The notes below the pieces were generated by a model. That model had not been told where the DNA came from. It ran no database searches and saw only the letters and a program-made list of their open reading frames with translations. The position numbers were made by a program, and so were the translations under genes. Source: Actinomycetota bacterium (GTDB lineage Bacteria; Actinomycetota; Acidimicrobiia; IMCC26256; DASPTH01). Taken from it: DNA of 64,000 nucleotides. The first letter of the stretch is position 1, and each line of letters opens with the position of its first letter. Shown in pieces: positions 18,342 through 27,758 of this stretch. The stretch lies in the NCBI GenBank assembly GCA_046727575.1, contig JBKPCV010000033.1, positions 1,006-65,005 of the forward strand, given 5' to 3'.

Positions 18342-19964
18342 ATGAGCGGCATCACCGAGACCCCGGAATGGCGCGCCCTCGAGGCCCATTTCGAGGAGGT
18401 CCGCGGACTGCACCTACGCGACCTCTTTGCCGACGATCCAGAGCGAGGCTCGCGCCTCACCGTCGAAGCGGAAGGCGTGTACCTCGACTATTCGAAGAAC
18501 CGGGTCACCGACGAGACGATGCGATTGCTCGTCGACCTCGCGCACCGCGCGGGACTGCGCGAGCGCATCGACGCGATGTTTCGCGGCGAGCGGATCAACG
18601 TCACGGAGAATCGGCCGGTCTTGCACGTGGCGCTCCGCGCGCCGGAAGACGCGGTGATTGTGGTCGATGGTGAGAACGTCGTCCCGGAGGTGCACGCCGT
18701 CCTCGACAAGATGACCGACTTCTCGGAGAAGATCCGGTCCGGTCAGTGGCGCGGCCACACGGGCGCCCCGATCCGCAACATCGTGAACATCGGGATCGGC
18801 GGATCTGACCTCGGCCCGAAGATGGCGTACACCGCGCTGCAGGACTACAGCCGGCGCGACATGACGTTCCGTTTTGTGAGCAACGTCGACGGCGACGACT
18901 TCTGGGAGTGCACACGCGACCTCGACCCGACGGACACCCTGTTCGTTGTCGCGTCCAAGACGTTCACGACGCTCGAGACGCTGTCGAACGCGCACACTGC
19001 GCGCAGTTGGCTCCTGCAGTCGATGGGAGACGAGTCGGCAGTCGCGAAGCACTTCGTAGCGGTGTCGACGAACGCGGAGGAAGTCGCGACGTTCGGGATC
19101 GACACTGCCAACATGTTCGAGTTCTGGGACTGGGTGGGCGGCCGCTACTCGTACGACAGCGCGATCGGGCTCTCGTTGATGATCGCGATCGGCCACGAAC
19201 AATTTCGCGACATGCTCGCCGGTTTCCACTCGATCGACGAGCACTTCCGCACCGCGCCCTTCCAGCACAACCTGCCGGTGCTCCTGGGCCTCCTCGGTGT
19301 GTGGTACGACGACTTCTTCGAGGCAGAGACCCAAGCGATTCTCCCATACAGCCAGTACCTGGAGCGGTACCCGGCGTACCTCCAGCAGCTCGACATGGAG
19401 AGCAACGGGAAGTCTGTCGACCTCGAAGGCAGGCCGGTCGCGATGCAGACGGGCCCGATCGTCTGGGGGCAGCCGGGCACGAACGGGCAGCACGCCTTCT
19501 ACCAGCTCATCCACCAGGGCACGAAGCTCGTACCGTGCGACTTCATCGGGTTCGTCCACGCGAATCACGAGCTCGGTGACCACCAGAACATGCTCATGGC
19601 GAACTTCTTCGCGCAGACCGAGGCGCTCGCGTTCGGAAAGTCACGCGCCGAAGTGGAGGCCGAGGGCGTTCCGCCCGAGGAGGTTCCGCACCGGACGTTC
19701 CCCGGCAACCGCCCGACCAACACGATCCTGGTCGACAAGCTCACGCCGTACACGCTCGGCCAACTGGTCGCGTGCTACGAGCACAAGGTGTTCACGCAGG
19801 GGACGATCTGGCACATCAACTCGTTCGACCAATGGGGCGTCGAATTGGGCAAGACGCTGGCGTTGGCGATCATTCCCGAGCTCGCGTCGTCTGACGAGCC
19901 GAAGCTGGCCCACGACAGCAGCACGAACGAGCTGATCCGCCGCTACCGCAGTCGGCGGCGCTAG
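18342..19964 (+). CDS. pgi: glucose-6-phosphate isomerase
   Basis: ORF 18291..19964, ATG 18342. [60 protein letters not shown]. Confidence 0.95.
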   Translation: MSGITETPEWRALEAHFEEVRGLHLRDLFADDPERGSRLTVEAEGVYLDYSKNRVTDETMRLLVDLAHRAGLRERIDAMFRGERINVTENRPVLHVALRAPEDAVIVVDGENVVPEVHAVLDKMTDFSEKIRSGQWRGHTGAPIRNIVNIGIGGSDLGPKMAYTALQDYSRRDMTFRFVSNVDGDDFWECTRDLDPTDTLFVVASKTFTTLETLSNAHTARSWLLQSMGDESAVAKHFVAVSTNAEEVATFGIDTANMFEFWDWVGGRYSYDSAIGLSLMIAIGHEQFRDMLAGFHSIDEHFRTAPFQHNLPVLLGLLGVWYDDFFEAETQAILPYSQYLERYPAYLQQLDMESNGKSVDLEGRPVAMQTGPIVWGQPGTNGQHAFYQLIHQGTKLVPCDFIGFVHANHELGDHQNMLMANFFAQTEALAFGKSRAEVEAEGVPPEEVPHRTFPGNRPTNTILVDKLTPYTLGQLVACYEHKVFTQGTIWHINSFDQWGVELGKTLALAIIPELASSDEPKLAHDSSTNELIRRYRSRRR

Positions 19965-20040
19965 GCGCACGCCTCGAGGTGTGCCGTGAAGCCAACGTTG
20001 GCGTGCCGCGTAGCCTGAATCAACGGCGGAAGGGGAGAAG

Positions 20041-21075
20041 ATGCAGTTGGGAATGATCGGCCTGGGCCGGATGGGCGCCAACCTCGTACGCCGTCTGATG
20101 CGCGCGGGACACGAGTGCGTCGGTTACGCCCGCAACCGCGACGTGGTCCAGCAGATGGAGAGCGAGGGCGTGACTGGTGCGTCGTCGATTGCCGACCTCG
20201 TCGGCAAGCTCAGGAAGCCGCGTGTGGTGTGGATCATGGTGCCGGCTGCAGCCGTAGATTCGGTGATCGCCGACCTGCTCCCGAATGCCGAGCCGGGCGA
20301 CATCATCATCGACGGCGGCAACTCCTATTACCGCGACGACATCGAACGCGCCACGCGCTTGCAGGCGGCCGGTATGCACTTCGTCGACGTGGGTACCAGT
20401 GGAGGTGTGTTCGGCCTCGACCGGGGCTTCTGCCTCATGATCGGTGGGGAGGACGAGGTTGTCGCGCGCGTCGAGCCGATCTTCGCCGCCATCGCCCCGG
20501 GGGTCGACGCGGCGCCACGGACGGCGGGCCGCACGGGAGAACCGAGTCAGGCCGAGCACGGCTACCTGCACTGCGGGCCCAACGGCGCCGGTCACTTCGT
20601 GAAGATGGTCCACAACGGCATCGAGTACGGCATCATGGCGGCGTATGCCGAGGGGCTCAACATCCTGCACAACGCCAATGTGGGGAAGCGACAAGCGGAG
20701 GCCGACGCGGAGACTGCTCCGCTCGCGAATCCTCAGTACTACCAGTACGACCTCGACATACCCGACATCGCGGAGGTATGGCGTCGCGGAAGTGTGATCG
20801 CGTCCTGGTTGCTCGATCTCACCGCACACTCACTGTCGCAGCACCCCGGCCTCGACGAGTTCGCGGGGCGGGTGTCGGACTCGGGCGAGGGGCGCTGGAC
20901 GATTCACGCCGCCATCGACGAAGGCGTTCCCGCCGATGTGCTGGGCGCCGCGCTCTTCGCGCGGTTCACCTCGCGGGGACAAGCCGACTTCGCCGACAAG
21001 CTCCTGTCCGCGATGCGGGAGGAGTTCGGCGGCCACCTCGAGAAGCTCGACCAGACGGTGGGCCAGACGAAGTAA
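20041..21075 (+). CDS. gnd: 6-phosphogluconate dehydrogenase, decarboxylating (short Gnd-like form)
   Basis: [52 protein letters not shown]. Confidence 0.9.
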   Translation: MQLGMIGLGRMGANLVRRLMRAGHECVGYARNRDVVQQMESEGVTGASSIADLVGKLRKPRVVWIMVPAAAVDSVIADLLPNAEPGDIIIDGGNSYYRDDIERATRLQAAGMHFVDVGTSGGVFGLDRGFCLMIGGEDEVVARVEPIFAAIAPGVDAAPRTAGRTGEPSQAEHGYLHCGPNGAGHFVKMVHNGIEYGIMAAYAEGLNILHNANVGKRQAEADAETAPLANPQYYQYDLDIPDIAEVWRRGSVIASWLLDLTAHSLSQHPGLDEFAGRVSDSGEGRWTIHAAIDEGVPADVLGAALFARFTSRGQADFADKLLSAMREEFGGHLEKLDQTVGQTK

Positions 21076-21077
21076 GG

Positions 21078-22493
21078 ATGCACATGACACAGCCAGGGCT
21101 TTCTGACGCCTTCGTGTTCTTCGGCATGTCGGGCGATCTCGCGAAGAAGAAGATCTTTCCTGCGCTCTACCGGATGGTGAAGCGCGGAATGCTGAACATT
21201 CCGGTCGTTGGCGTCGCCTCCTCGACTTGGTCGCTGGAGGACCTCAAGAAACGTGCGGAGGAGAGCATCACGAACTTCGGAGGCGGAATCGACGACGAGG
21301 CAGCGTTCAATCAGCTCGTGAAGCTTCTCAGGTACGTCGATGGTGACTATCGGGACGCGTCGACATACTCGAAGCTGAAGGAGGCACTGGCCGGGTGCGA
21401 ACAGCCCATCCACTATCTGGCGATTCCCCCGAGCTTCTTCGAAACCGTCGTGAAGGGTCTTGCCGACTCGGGTTGCGCCACGAACGCGCGCGTCATCGTC
21501 GAGAAGCCGTTCGGCCGCGACCTTGCATCCTCACAGGAGCTCAACCGTGTGCTCCACTCGGCGTTCCCGGAGCAGAACATTTTCCGCATCGACCACTACC
21601 TCGGTAAGGAAGCCACACAGAACCTGCTCTACTTCCGCTTCGCCAACTCCTTCTTGGAGCCGATCTGGAACCGCAATTACGTGCGGTCGGTGCAGGTCAC
21701 GATGGCGGAGGACTTCGGCGTCGACGGTCGCGGCAAGTTCTACGAGGAGGTCGGGGCGCTCCGCGACGTCGTCGAGAACCATCTCTTCCAGACGGTCGCG
21801 CTGCTCGCGATGGAACCGCCCGTTGGCCCAGGCGTCGAGGAGATACGCGACGCGAAGGAGAAGGTGTTCCGTGCGATGGAGACCATGAAGCGCACCGACC
21901 TCGTACGTGGTCAGTTCGAGGGGTACCGCGACGAGCCGGGGGTGGCGCCCGACTCCGACGTCGAGACGTTCGCCGCCGTGCGACTGCACATCGACTCGTG
22001 GCGGTGGGCGGGTGTGCCCTTCTATGTGCGCGCCGGGAAGGAGCTTCCGGTCACGTGTACGGAGGTCCGTGTCGAGCTCCACCGTCCGCCGCAGGCGGTC
22101 TTTTCCGACTACGAAGAGCTCCCGCACGAGACCAACTACCTGCGGTTCCAGGTCGACCCGCAGATCGTGATCGCGATCGGTGCCCGCGCCAAGGCGCCGG
22201 GTGACGGCTTCGCGGGCGAGGACGTCGAGCTGTACCTCTGCGACACGCATCCCGGCGCCGAAATACCGTACGAGCGACTCCTGGGCGACGCGCTGGATGG
22301 CGAAACGCTGCTCTTCGCCCGGGAGGACGGCGTCGAAGCGTCATGGAGGGTCGTGAACGACGTGCTGGCCGACCACGATCCCGCCATCATCTACAAGCAG
22401 CACACCTGGGGACCGGAGGAACAAGCGCTGCTCTTCGACGGCACGGACGTCTGGCACGACCCGGTACCCGCCGAGGAGTGCGAGCCGGAATGA
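21078..22493 (+). CDS. zwf: glucose-6-phosphate 1-dehydrogenase
   Basis: In frame with ORF 20115..22493. ATG 21078 (or 21084). [44 protein letters not shown]. Confidence 0.95.
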   Translation: MHMTQPGLSDAFVFFGMSGDLAKKKIFPALYRMVKRGMLNIPVVGVASSTWSLEDLKKRAEESITNFGGGIDDEAAFNQLVKLLRYVDGDYRDASTYSKLKEALAGCEQPIHYLAIPPSFFETVVKGLADSGCATNARVIVEKPFGRDLASSQELNRVLHSAFPEQNIFRIDHYLGKEATQNLLYFRFANSFLEPIWNRNYVRSVQVTMAEDFGVDGRGKFYEEVGALRDVVENHLFQTVALLAMEPPVGPGVEEIRDAKEKVFRAMETMKRTDLVRGQFEGYRDEPGVAPDSDVETFAAVRLHIDSWRWAGVPFYVRAGKELPVTCTEVRVELHRPPQAVFSDYEELPHETNYLRFQVDPQIVIAIGARAKAPGDGFAGEDVELYLCDTHPGAEIPYERLLGDALDGETLLFAREDGVEASWRVVNDVLADHDPAIIYKQHTWGPEEQALLFDGTDVWHDPVPAEECEPE

Positions 22494-22894
22494 GTGTGCA
22501 GCCGGTACCGACGCCGAGCGCGCCACGCCCGGCAGGGCCGTACTCGCTGGCGGTGCGGGCGGGCGACTGGTTGGTGCTCGCCGGTCAGCTCGGCCTCGAC
22601 CACGCCACCGGCTCACTCGTCAGTGGGGGCGTCGAACACGAGACGCGGCAGGCGCTCGCCAACATCGAGGGGATCCTCCGTGACTGCGGCGCGGCGTGGA
22701 CCGATGTCGCGAAGGTCGGCATCTTTCTCACCGACCTCGGGAACTTCGCGACCGTCAACGCGTTGTATGAGGAGGCACTCGGCGGCCATCGGCCGGCGCG
22801 CACCACCGTAGGCGTGGCAGCACTGCCCGCCGGCGCCGAGGTGGAGATCGAATGTTGGGTGTTCGCAGGAAGCGTTCGAATGGAGCACGCATGA
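22490..22894 (+). CDS. ridA: RidA/YjgF-family reactive-intermediate deaminase
   Basis: ATG 22490 overlaps the zwf stop (ATGA). [22 protein letters not shown]...[19 protein letters not shown]. Confidence 0.85.
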   Translation: MSVQPVPTPSAPRPAGPYSLAVRAGDWLVLAGQLGLDHATGSLVSGGVEHETRQALANIEGILRDCGAAWTDVAKVGIFLTDLGNFATVNALYEEALGGHRPARTTVGVAALPAGAEVEIECWVFAGSVRMEHA

Positions 22895-23286
22895 CTCGCG
22901 AGATCGAGAAGTCGGAGGCCGAGTGGCGGGCGGAGCTGAGCCCGGAGCAGTTCGAGGTGCTGCGCAACGCGGGCACCGAGCGGGCGTTCACCGGTAAGTA
23001 CTGGGACTGCCACGACGATGGCGTCTACCGGTGTGCCGGCTGCGGCGCAGAGCTCTTCGACTCGAACACGAAGTTCGAATCGGGTACAGGGTGGCCGAGC
23101 TTCACCGAGCCGCTCGTTGCCGACGTGGTGGAGCTGAAGACCGACACCAGCCACGGCATGGTGCGCACCGAGGTTGTGTGCCGGCGGTGTGGCGGCCACC
23201 TCGGTCACGTGTTCGACGATGGCCCCGGAGCCAACGGGCTGCGCTACTGCATGAACTCCTGCAGCCTCGACCTCGACCCTCGCTAG
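22891..23286 (+). CDS. msrB: peptide-methionine (R)-S-oxide reductase
   Basis: ATG 22891 overlaps the ridA stop (ATGA). [26 protein letters not shown]...[16 protein letters not shown]...RYCMNS. Confidence 0.95.
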   Translation: MTREIEKSEAEWRAELSPEQFEVLRNAGTERAFTGKYWDCHDDGVYRCAGCGAELFDSNTKFESGTGWPSFTEPLVADVVELKTDTSHGMVRTEVVCRRCGGHLGHVFDDGPGANGLRYCMNSCSLDLDPR

Positions 23287-23322
23287 CTCGAGTTCGGCCA
23301 CCGCCGGAGGCGCCGAGACGTG

Positions 23323-24795
23323 TCAGCGTCGGGGTGCAGTGGTCGTGGGCGTCGTGGCTGCGGGCGTCGTGGTCGTGGTCGAGGGCCCCGATCGTTGGGC
23401 GATCTGCGGTGCGGCGAAGAAGGCGAAGAAGTCGCGCTCTCCCGGCTGGAAGTAGCGATCGCCACCTCGGGCCATGTCGCCGCCGAGCTTGATCCCGATC
23501 ACCGGTGACGACGGATTGCCGTTGTTCTGGTTCACGTACGTGTAGGCGCTCACCCAATCAGTGTTGATGTCCAGCTCCATCGCCCGCACGGCACCAGCGG
23601 CCTGCAGCGTTCGGGCGAGCGAGAGCGCCGACAGCGAGTTCCCAGCGGCGTAGATCAAGCCCCCTTTTGCGTCGACGCCGACGCCGGAGCGCCAGACGAG
23701 AGCCTTGTTGCCGAGCGTGGCGCCCCACTTGCTCACGTCGTTCTCATCCAGCTGAGGATCGAGCTGGCCGTTGTCGATCATGAGGGCCAGGTTCTGGCGC
23801 ACCGCGACCACGTCAGGGGTCATCGTGACGTCGCGGCCCCACATTCCAACGGTTGCAGATCCGTCGGCCTTGATGACGAGCGATGCGGACCCGTTGACGA
23901 GCGGCCGGACTGCTTGTCCGCCGAAGTACACGCCGCCGCGTGCGATGTCCATCTTGAATCCGGAGTTGAAGGCTGCGATGAGGTTCGCGCGCTGATCCTC
24001 CGGGATCTCGGAGCCCCACGGGTTCGGGCCGCCCCCCGGCTCGAGCAAGCCGGGCACGTACTGTGCCTTGAGCAGTTTCGTGTCGAGCCACATCAGCGCG
24101 ACGTAGTACGACGTGTGCACCGCGTCGGGCCGGACGAACGTGATGTACTCCGGTGGCCGGCCCGCCACGAGCCTCCCTGCCGGCATCCAGATGCCTTCGT
24201 TCGGTTCCACGGTCGGCGCAGGCGTCGGCACCCGACCGGTCGGAGCCGGCAGGTGTACGGGTTGCGGCGGCGTGTCGAGCGGAGCACCGGTGGAGACCGG
24301 CACCGCGACACCGGTGCCGTGCACGGCGATGCGCTTGGGTCGACCGCCCTCGACCGGAGGGTTGTTCGTGTACCACCAACGCTCCACGGTGTTGACCACG
24401 CCGTTCCCGCCGTGGTCGCGAATCCACTCGACGGTCCGGATGCCGACCGAGTCGGTTCCGGGCCGCCGGAGCGCGTGCACGTAGGACAATCCGACCGGGA
24501 TCAGGAGAACGACGACGACGAGGGCGACGCCGCGCCGGATCCACCGCGCCTTCGTAGAACGGCGGCGCGTGCCGGTGCGCGGGTCCTTCGCGGCCACTCG
24601 TCGATCGCGGCGAGACGACGGCGAGGGCTGCGACGCGGGCGGTTCGTCACGTCGCGATGGCTGCAATGCCACCGGCGCGTCGCGCGGCACCGTGCGCACG
24701 GCCGGTCCGTCACCGTCGACCGGTGGCGGACCCCTCGGCGGGCCATACTCAGGCGGCAGTGTGTAGGGCGCCGGCCTGGGCCTGCGGTCGGCCAA
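23323..24795 (-). CDS. membrane-anchored exported protein, phosphodiester-glycosidase (NAGPA/DUF2233)-like; tentative
   Basis: Pro/Arg-rich cytoplasmic N-terminus, one TM (GVALVVVVLLIPVGL). C-terminal block RSGVGVDAKGGLIYAAGNSLSALSLARTLQAAGAVRAMELDINTDWVSAYTY, which I associate with that family from memory only. Confidence 0.5.
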   Translation of the reverse strand: MADRRPRPAPYTLPPEYGPPRGPPPVDGDGPAVRTVPRDAPVALQPSRRDEPPASQPSPSSRRDRRVAAKDPRTGTRRRSTKARWIRRGVALVVVVLLIPVGLSYVHALRRPGTDSVGIRTVEWIRDHGGNGVVNTVERWWYTNNPPVEGGRPKRIAVHGTGVAVPVSTGAPLDTPPQPVHLPAPTGRVPTPAPTVEPNEGIWMPAGRLVAGRPPEYITFVRPDAVHTSYYVALMWLDTKLLKAQYVPGLLEPGGGPNPWGSEIPEDQRANLIAAFNSGFKMDIARGGVYFGGQAVRPLVNGSASLVIKADGSATVGMWGRDVTMTPDVVAVRQNLALMIDNGQLDPQLDENDVSKWGATLGNKALVWRSGVGVDAKGGLIYAAGNSLSALSLARTLQAAGAVRAMELDINTDWVSAYTYVNQNNGNPSSPVIGIKLGGDMARGGDRYFQPGERDFFAFFAAPQIAQRSGPSTTTTTPAATTPTTTAPRR

Positions 24796-24899
24796 CTGAT
24801 CCTCCCGTGTCGACGCTCCATCCGAGCGGTGTGGGTAAGCGTTCAGGAGCGTCCGCCCGACGCGCTGCGCGAAAACTACAACGGCGTGCCGGCCGGGGT

Positions 24900-25793
24900 T
24901 CAGTCAGGCCTGGGGTGAGCCTCGAAGAAAGCCCAGATCGTAGACGTGGCATCGAGCGCACGGCTCACCGCGTCGTTGCCCGCCTTGGGCACGGCGCCTG
25001 GCCACTCGTGCTGGCCTCGGGCAATCGTGTACAAGTCGACCGCCACGCCCGGAGCGCACGACCTCCACGCGGTGTGCACCACTTCGCCGGCGCGGACTGA
25101 GGTGGAGCCGTCCGAGCAGCCGTCGGCCCGACGCCACGCGGCCAGTCCCTCGAGGACCGGCGGCGTGCCCTTCCCGCCCGCGAAGCCGAACACGTGGTCG
25201 TCGAGGCCGTGAATGTGCACGACCGACACCGGCGCCGTCGGGATGCAGTCGGGGAACCAGGCGGCGACCGGGCCGATTGCCGCCACGATGTCCGCCAGCC
25301 CGCAACCGGCGCGGTAGGTCATGACGCCGCCGTTCGAGATGCCGGTCACGAACACTCGCGCCGGATCGATCGACGAACGCCTCGACACCTCGACGACGAG
25401 CGCTCGCAAGAACTTGACGTCGCGGGTGCCGCTGTCGTCCCAGCGGCGGCCGATGCCCTGCGGGTAGGCGACCACAAAGCCCTCGCGGTCGGCAAGAGGA
25501 TCCCAGTGGTAGCGGCGTTCGACTTCCTTCGCAGTGGCGCCGGCACCGTGGAGCACGACCACAAGGGGCACGGAGTCAGCGGCGTCGCTCTGCGAGTGCA
25601 GACGGTACGTTCGCTGCTCGCCGTCGACCGTCACGTGCAGCACTGCTGAGCCCGCGGTGTGCGTCGCGCCAACAGCTGATGTCGCTACCAACCCGGAAAT
25701 GACGAGCACGGCGACCGTGCCGGCGTGCGTGCGCCTCGTCACCGTTCGTGTTGTAGTCGACGGGGCGCGGGTGGGCTCGGGCTGCACACGCAC
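24900..25793 (-). CDS. secreted esterase, PHB-depolymerase/LpqC-like (CE1-type)
   Basis: Signal-like N-terminus, PLVVVLHGAG, VVAYPQG, VFVTGISNGGVMTY nucleophile elbow, VVHIHGLDD. Confidence 0.7.
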   Translation of the reverse strand: MRVQPEPTRAPSTTTRTVTRRTHAGTVAVLVISGLVATSAVGATHTAGSAVLHVTVDGEQRTYRLHSQSDAADSVPLVVVLHGAGATAKEVERRYHWDPLADREGFVVAYPQGIGRRWDDSGTRDVKFLRALVVEVSRRSSIDPARVFVTGISNGGVMTYRAGCGLADIVAAIGPVAAWFPDCIPTAPVSVVHIHGLDDHVFGFAGGKGTPPVLEGLAAWRRADGCSDGSTSVRAGEVVHTAWRSCAPGVAVDLYTIARGQHEWPGAVPKAGNDAVSRALDATSTIWAFFEAHPRPD

Positions 25794-25964
25794 GCCGTGT
25801 GACGCGTGACGCGCGACCTCTCCTGGCGTCTTCCCAGTGGGTCGGTTCTCTGGCCGGCCTCGTCGGCGCGCCCCTGGCCGACCGGCTCGGGTGGCTCCGG
25901 GCGCGGGCGCGTCGGGGAACGGGAGCCGAGGGCGCGGCCGCAGGGTCGCGGGGGAAGCGAGCTC

Positions 25965-27758
25965 GTGACGGGGACAGGCAACGACCGCCTGGCGAGAGCG
26001 CCGGCTGTCGAGCCGCGCGCCTCGATCGACCCGATCGAGTCGCGGCGCGTGCGCTGGTACGCGTGCGCGTTGTTCGCGCTCGGCGCAACCGCGGGCCTCG
26101 TCCTCGTAGTCGTCGGCGCGCCCCTCCCGTCCCTCTGGCCGGTCGTGCTGCTCGGTTCACTGATCGCGCTGAGTCTGAACCAACTCGCGTTCTTCCCGAG
26201 CGAATGGTCGGCGACCGCGGAGGCGGCCGTGCTCATCGCCGCCGTCGTGGGGTTCGCGGGAGGAGCCGGCGCAAACGGTGGAAACCTCCAGACGGACCCC
26301 GCGCTGCTCGGACCATGGCTCGTGGCTCTGCTGTGCGGACCGCTCGACGCAGTGCACTGGCGGCAACGCGCGTTCTGGCGGATGGCCTACAACTCCGGCA
26401 ACCGCATGGTGGCCGCACTGCTCGCGGCCCTGGCGTTCGACGTCGTCGCCGGCCTGGTGAGCACTCTTTGGTTGGCGTTTGCATGCGCCGCGCTCGCAGC
26501 ATCGATGGTGCTCGCGTTCGTCGACCTGGGCGCGTTCGTCGTGTTCGAACAGCTTCGTGAACGCAAGCCCGTTCGTGACGCAGTGCGTGACGATCTGCTC
26601 TACGACTGCCTCACAGTTCCCCTCGGCCTCTTCGGCGCGTTCGCGGGGTGGGTCGCGGTGGAGTCGGGTTGGTGGGCAGGTGCACTCGCACTTCTCCCCG
26701 CGCCGTTCGTGCCCGAGCTCGTACTGGGACGTGCGCGCCGTGCGCTGCGGCACGGGTCGTTCGCGCGTCACCTCGGTCGCGCCGGACCCGTGCTGACCGG
26801 CGCAGCACTCGTCATCGTCGTCCTCGCGCTCGTCGAGCCGTTCCCGAGCGCCGGTGAGCTCATCGGATTGGTCGCGGTCGCGCTGTTCGCTGGCCTCGAG
26901 CTCGGGGTCAACCGCCGGAGTCCGGTGCCGCCGATGGTCGCGGCACTGGTAATCGCCGGATTGGTCGTGAACACCGACGCGGAGGTCGCGTCGGCCGTCA
27001 TTGCGGCCGTGGTGGCCACGGCGACCGCCACGATCGCAGCACGGTCGAACCGTTGGTGGGCACCAGCGCTGGCGGCCGGCGCCGCCGGAGTTGCGGCTGC
27101 CGTCTTCGACGCTCGCCCGTCGCGCGGCAGCGCACTCGCGGCGGCGCTCGTATTCGAGGTCGTGTTGTTGACTCGACTCTCCAACGTCGTGTGGACGGCC
27201 CCGCTGGTTGCCGCGGCCGTCGCGCTGGCGTTCTTGTGGCGCGCGATCGGCACGGGCGCTGCCGCCGTCTTCGCCGTGTGCATGCTCGTGACGGCGGCTG
27301 CGGCCGCGACCTGGGGACGGCCGCCATGGAACAGTCGCGTACTCGGGCCGTGGGCAACACGCGTTCGGGTCCGGATCCATCGAGCGATGCTGCTGACCGC
27401 CGGCGTGCTCGCGTTCGCCCTCGCGATCATCGCGACGCTCGCGAGCCCGACGCGTGAAGTGTTCGTGTTCGGCGCGTCGGCTGCCGTGTGCGCGGCGGCG
27501 ACGATGGCGGCCGTCGGCGTGCGCCAGTGGCGCTTTGCGCCGCGACCCCGCGCTCGTCATGCGGCGCTGTTGTTCGCGTCCGCGGTGGCAAGCGTCCTCG
27601 CTTATCCCGCGCTCGCGTTGGACGGCGACAAGTGGTCGATTGTGATCGTCGCCCTCAGCGTCGCGTTGTCCGTCGTCGCGGGATGGACGCCCGCCCGTCT
27701 CGCGCAGGCTGCGGCCACGCGATCCGATGATCAGCCGCGCAAGGTAGAAACGCGGTGA
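25965..27758 (+). CDS. large polytopic membrane protein of unknown function, paralog A (about 18-20 predicted TM segments by eye)
   Basis: ORF 25806..27758, GTG 25965 after GGGGGA. Ala/Val/Leu-rich helices. Conserved blocks shared with paralog B (FFPSEWSATAEAAVLIAAVV; VHWRQRAFWRMAYNSGNRMVAALLAALAF; RWWAP; VVWTAP; PPWNSR; VRQWRF). Confidence 0.8.
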   Translation: MTGTGNDRLARAPAVEPRASIDPIESRRVRWYACALFALGATAGLVLVVVGAPLPSLWPVVLLGSLIALSLNQLAFFPSEWSATAEAAVLIAAVVGFAGGAGANGGNLQTDPALLGPWLVALLCGPLDAVHWRQRAFWRMAYNSGNRMVAALLAALAFDVVAGLVSTLWLAFACAALAASMVLAFVDLGAFVVFEQLRERKPVRDAVRDDLLYDCLTVPLGLFGAFAGWVAVESGWWAGALALLPAPFVPELVLGRARRALRHGSFARHLGRAGPVLTGAALVIVVLALVEPFPSAGELIGLVAVALFAGLELGVNRRSPVPPMVAALVIAGLVVNTDAEVASAVIAAVVATATATIAARSNRWWAPALAAGAAGVAAAVFDARPSRGSALAAALVFEVVLLTRLSNVVWTAPLVAAAVALAFLWRAIGTGAAAVFAVCMLVTAAAAATWGRPPWNSRVLGPWATRVRVRIHRAMLLTAGVLAFALAIIATLASPTREVFVFGASAAVCAAATMAAVGVRQWRFAPRPRARHAALLFASAVASVLAYPALALDGDKWSIVIVALSVALSVVAGWTPARLAQAAATRSDDQPRKVETR

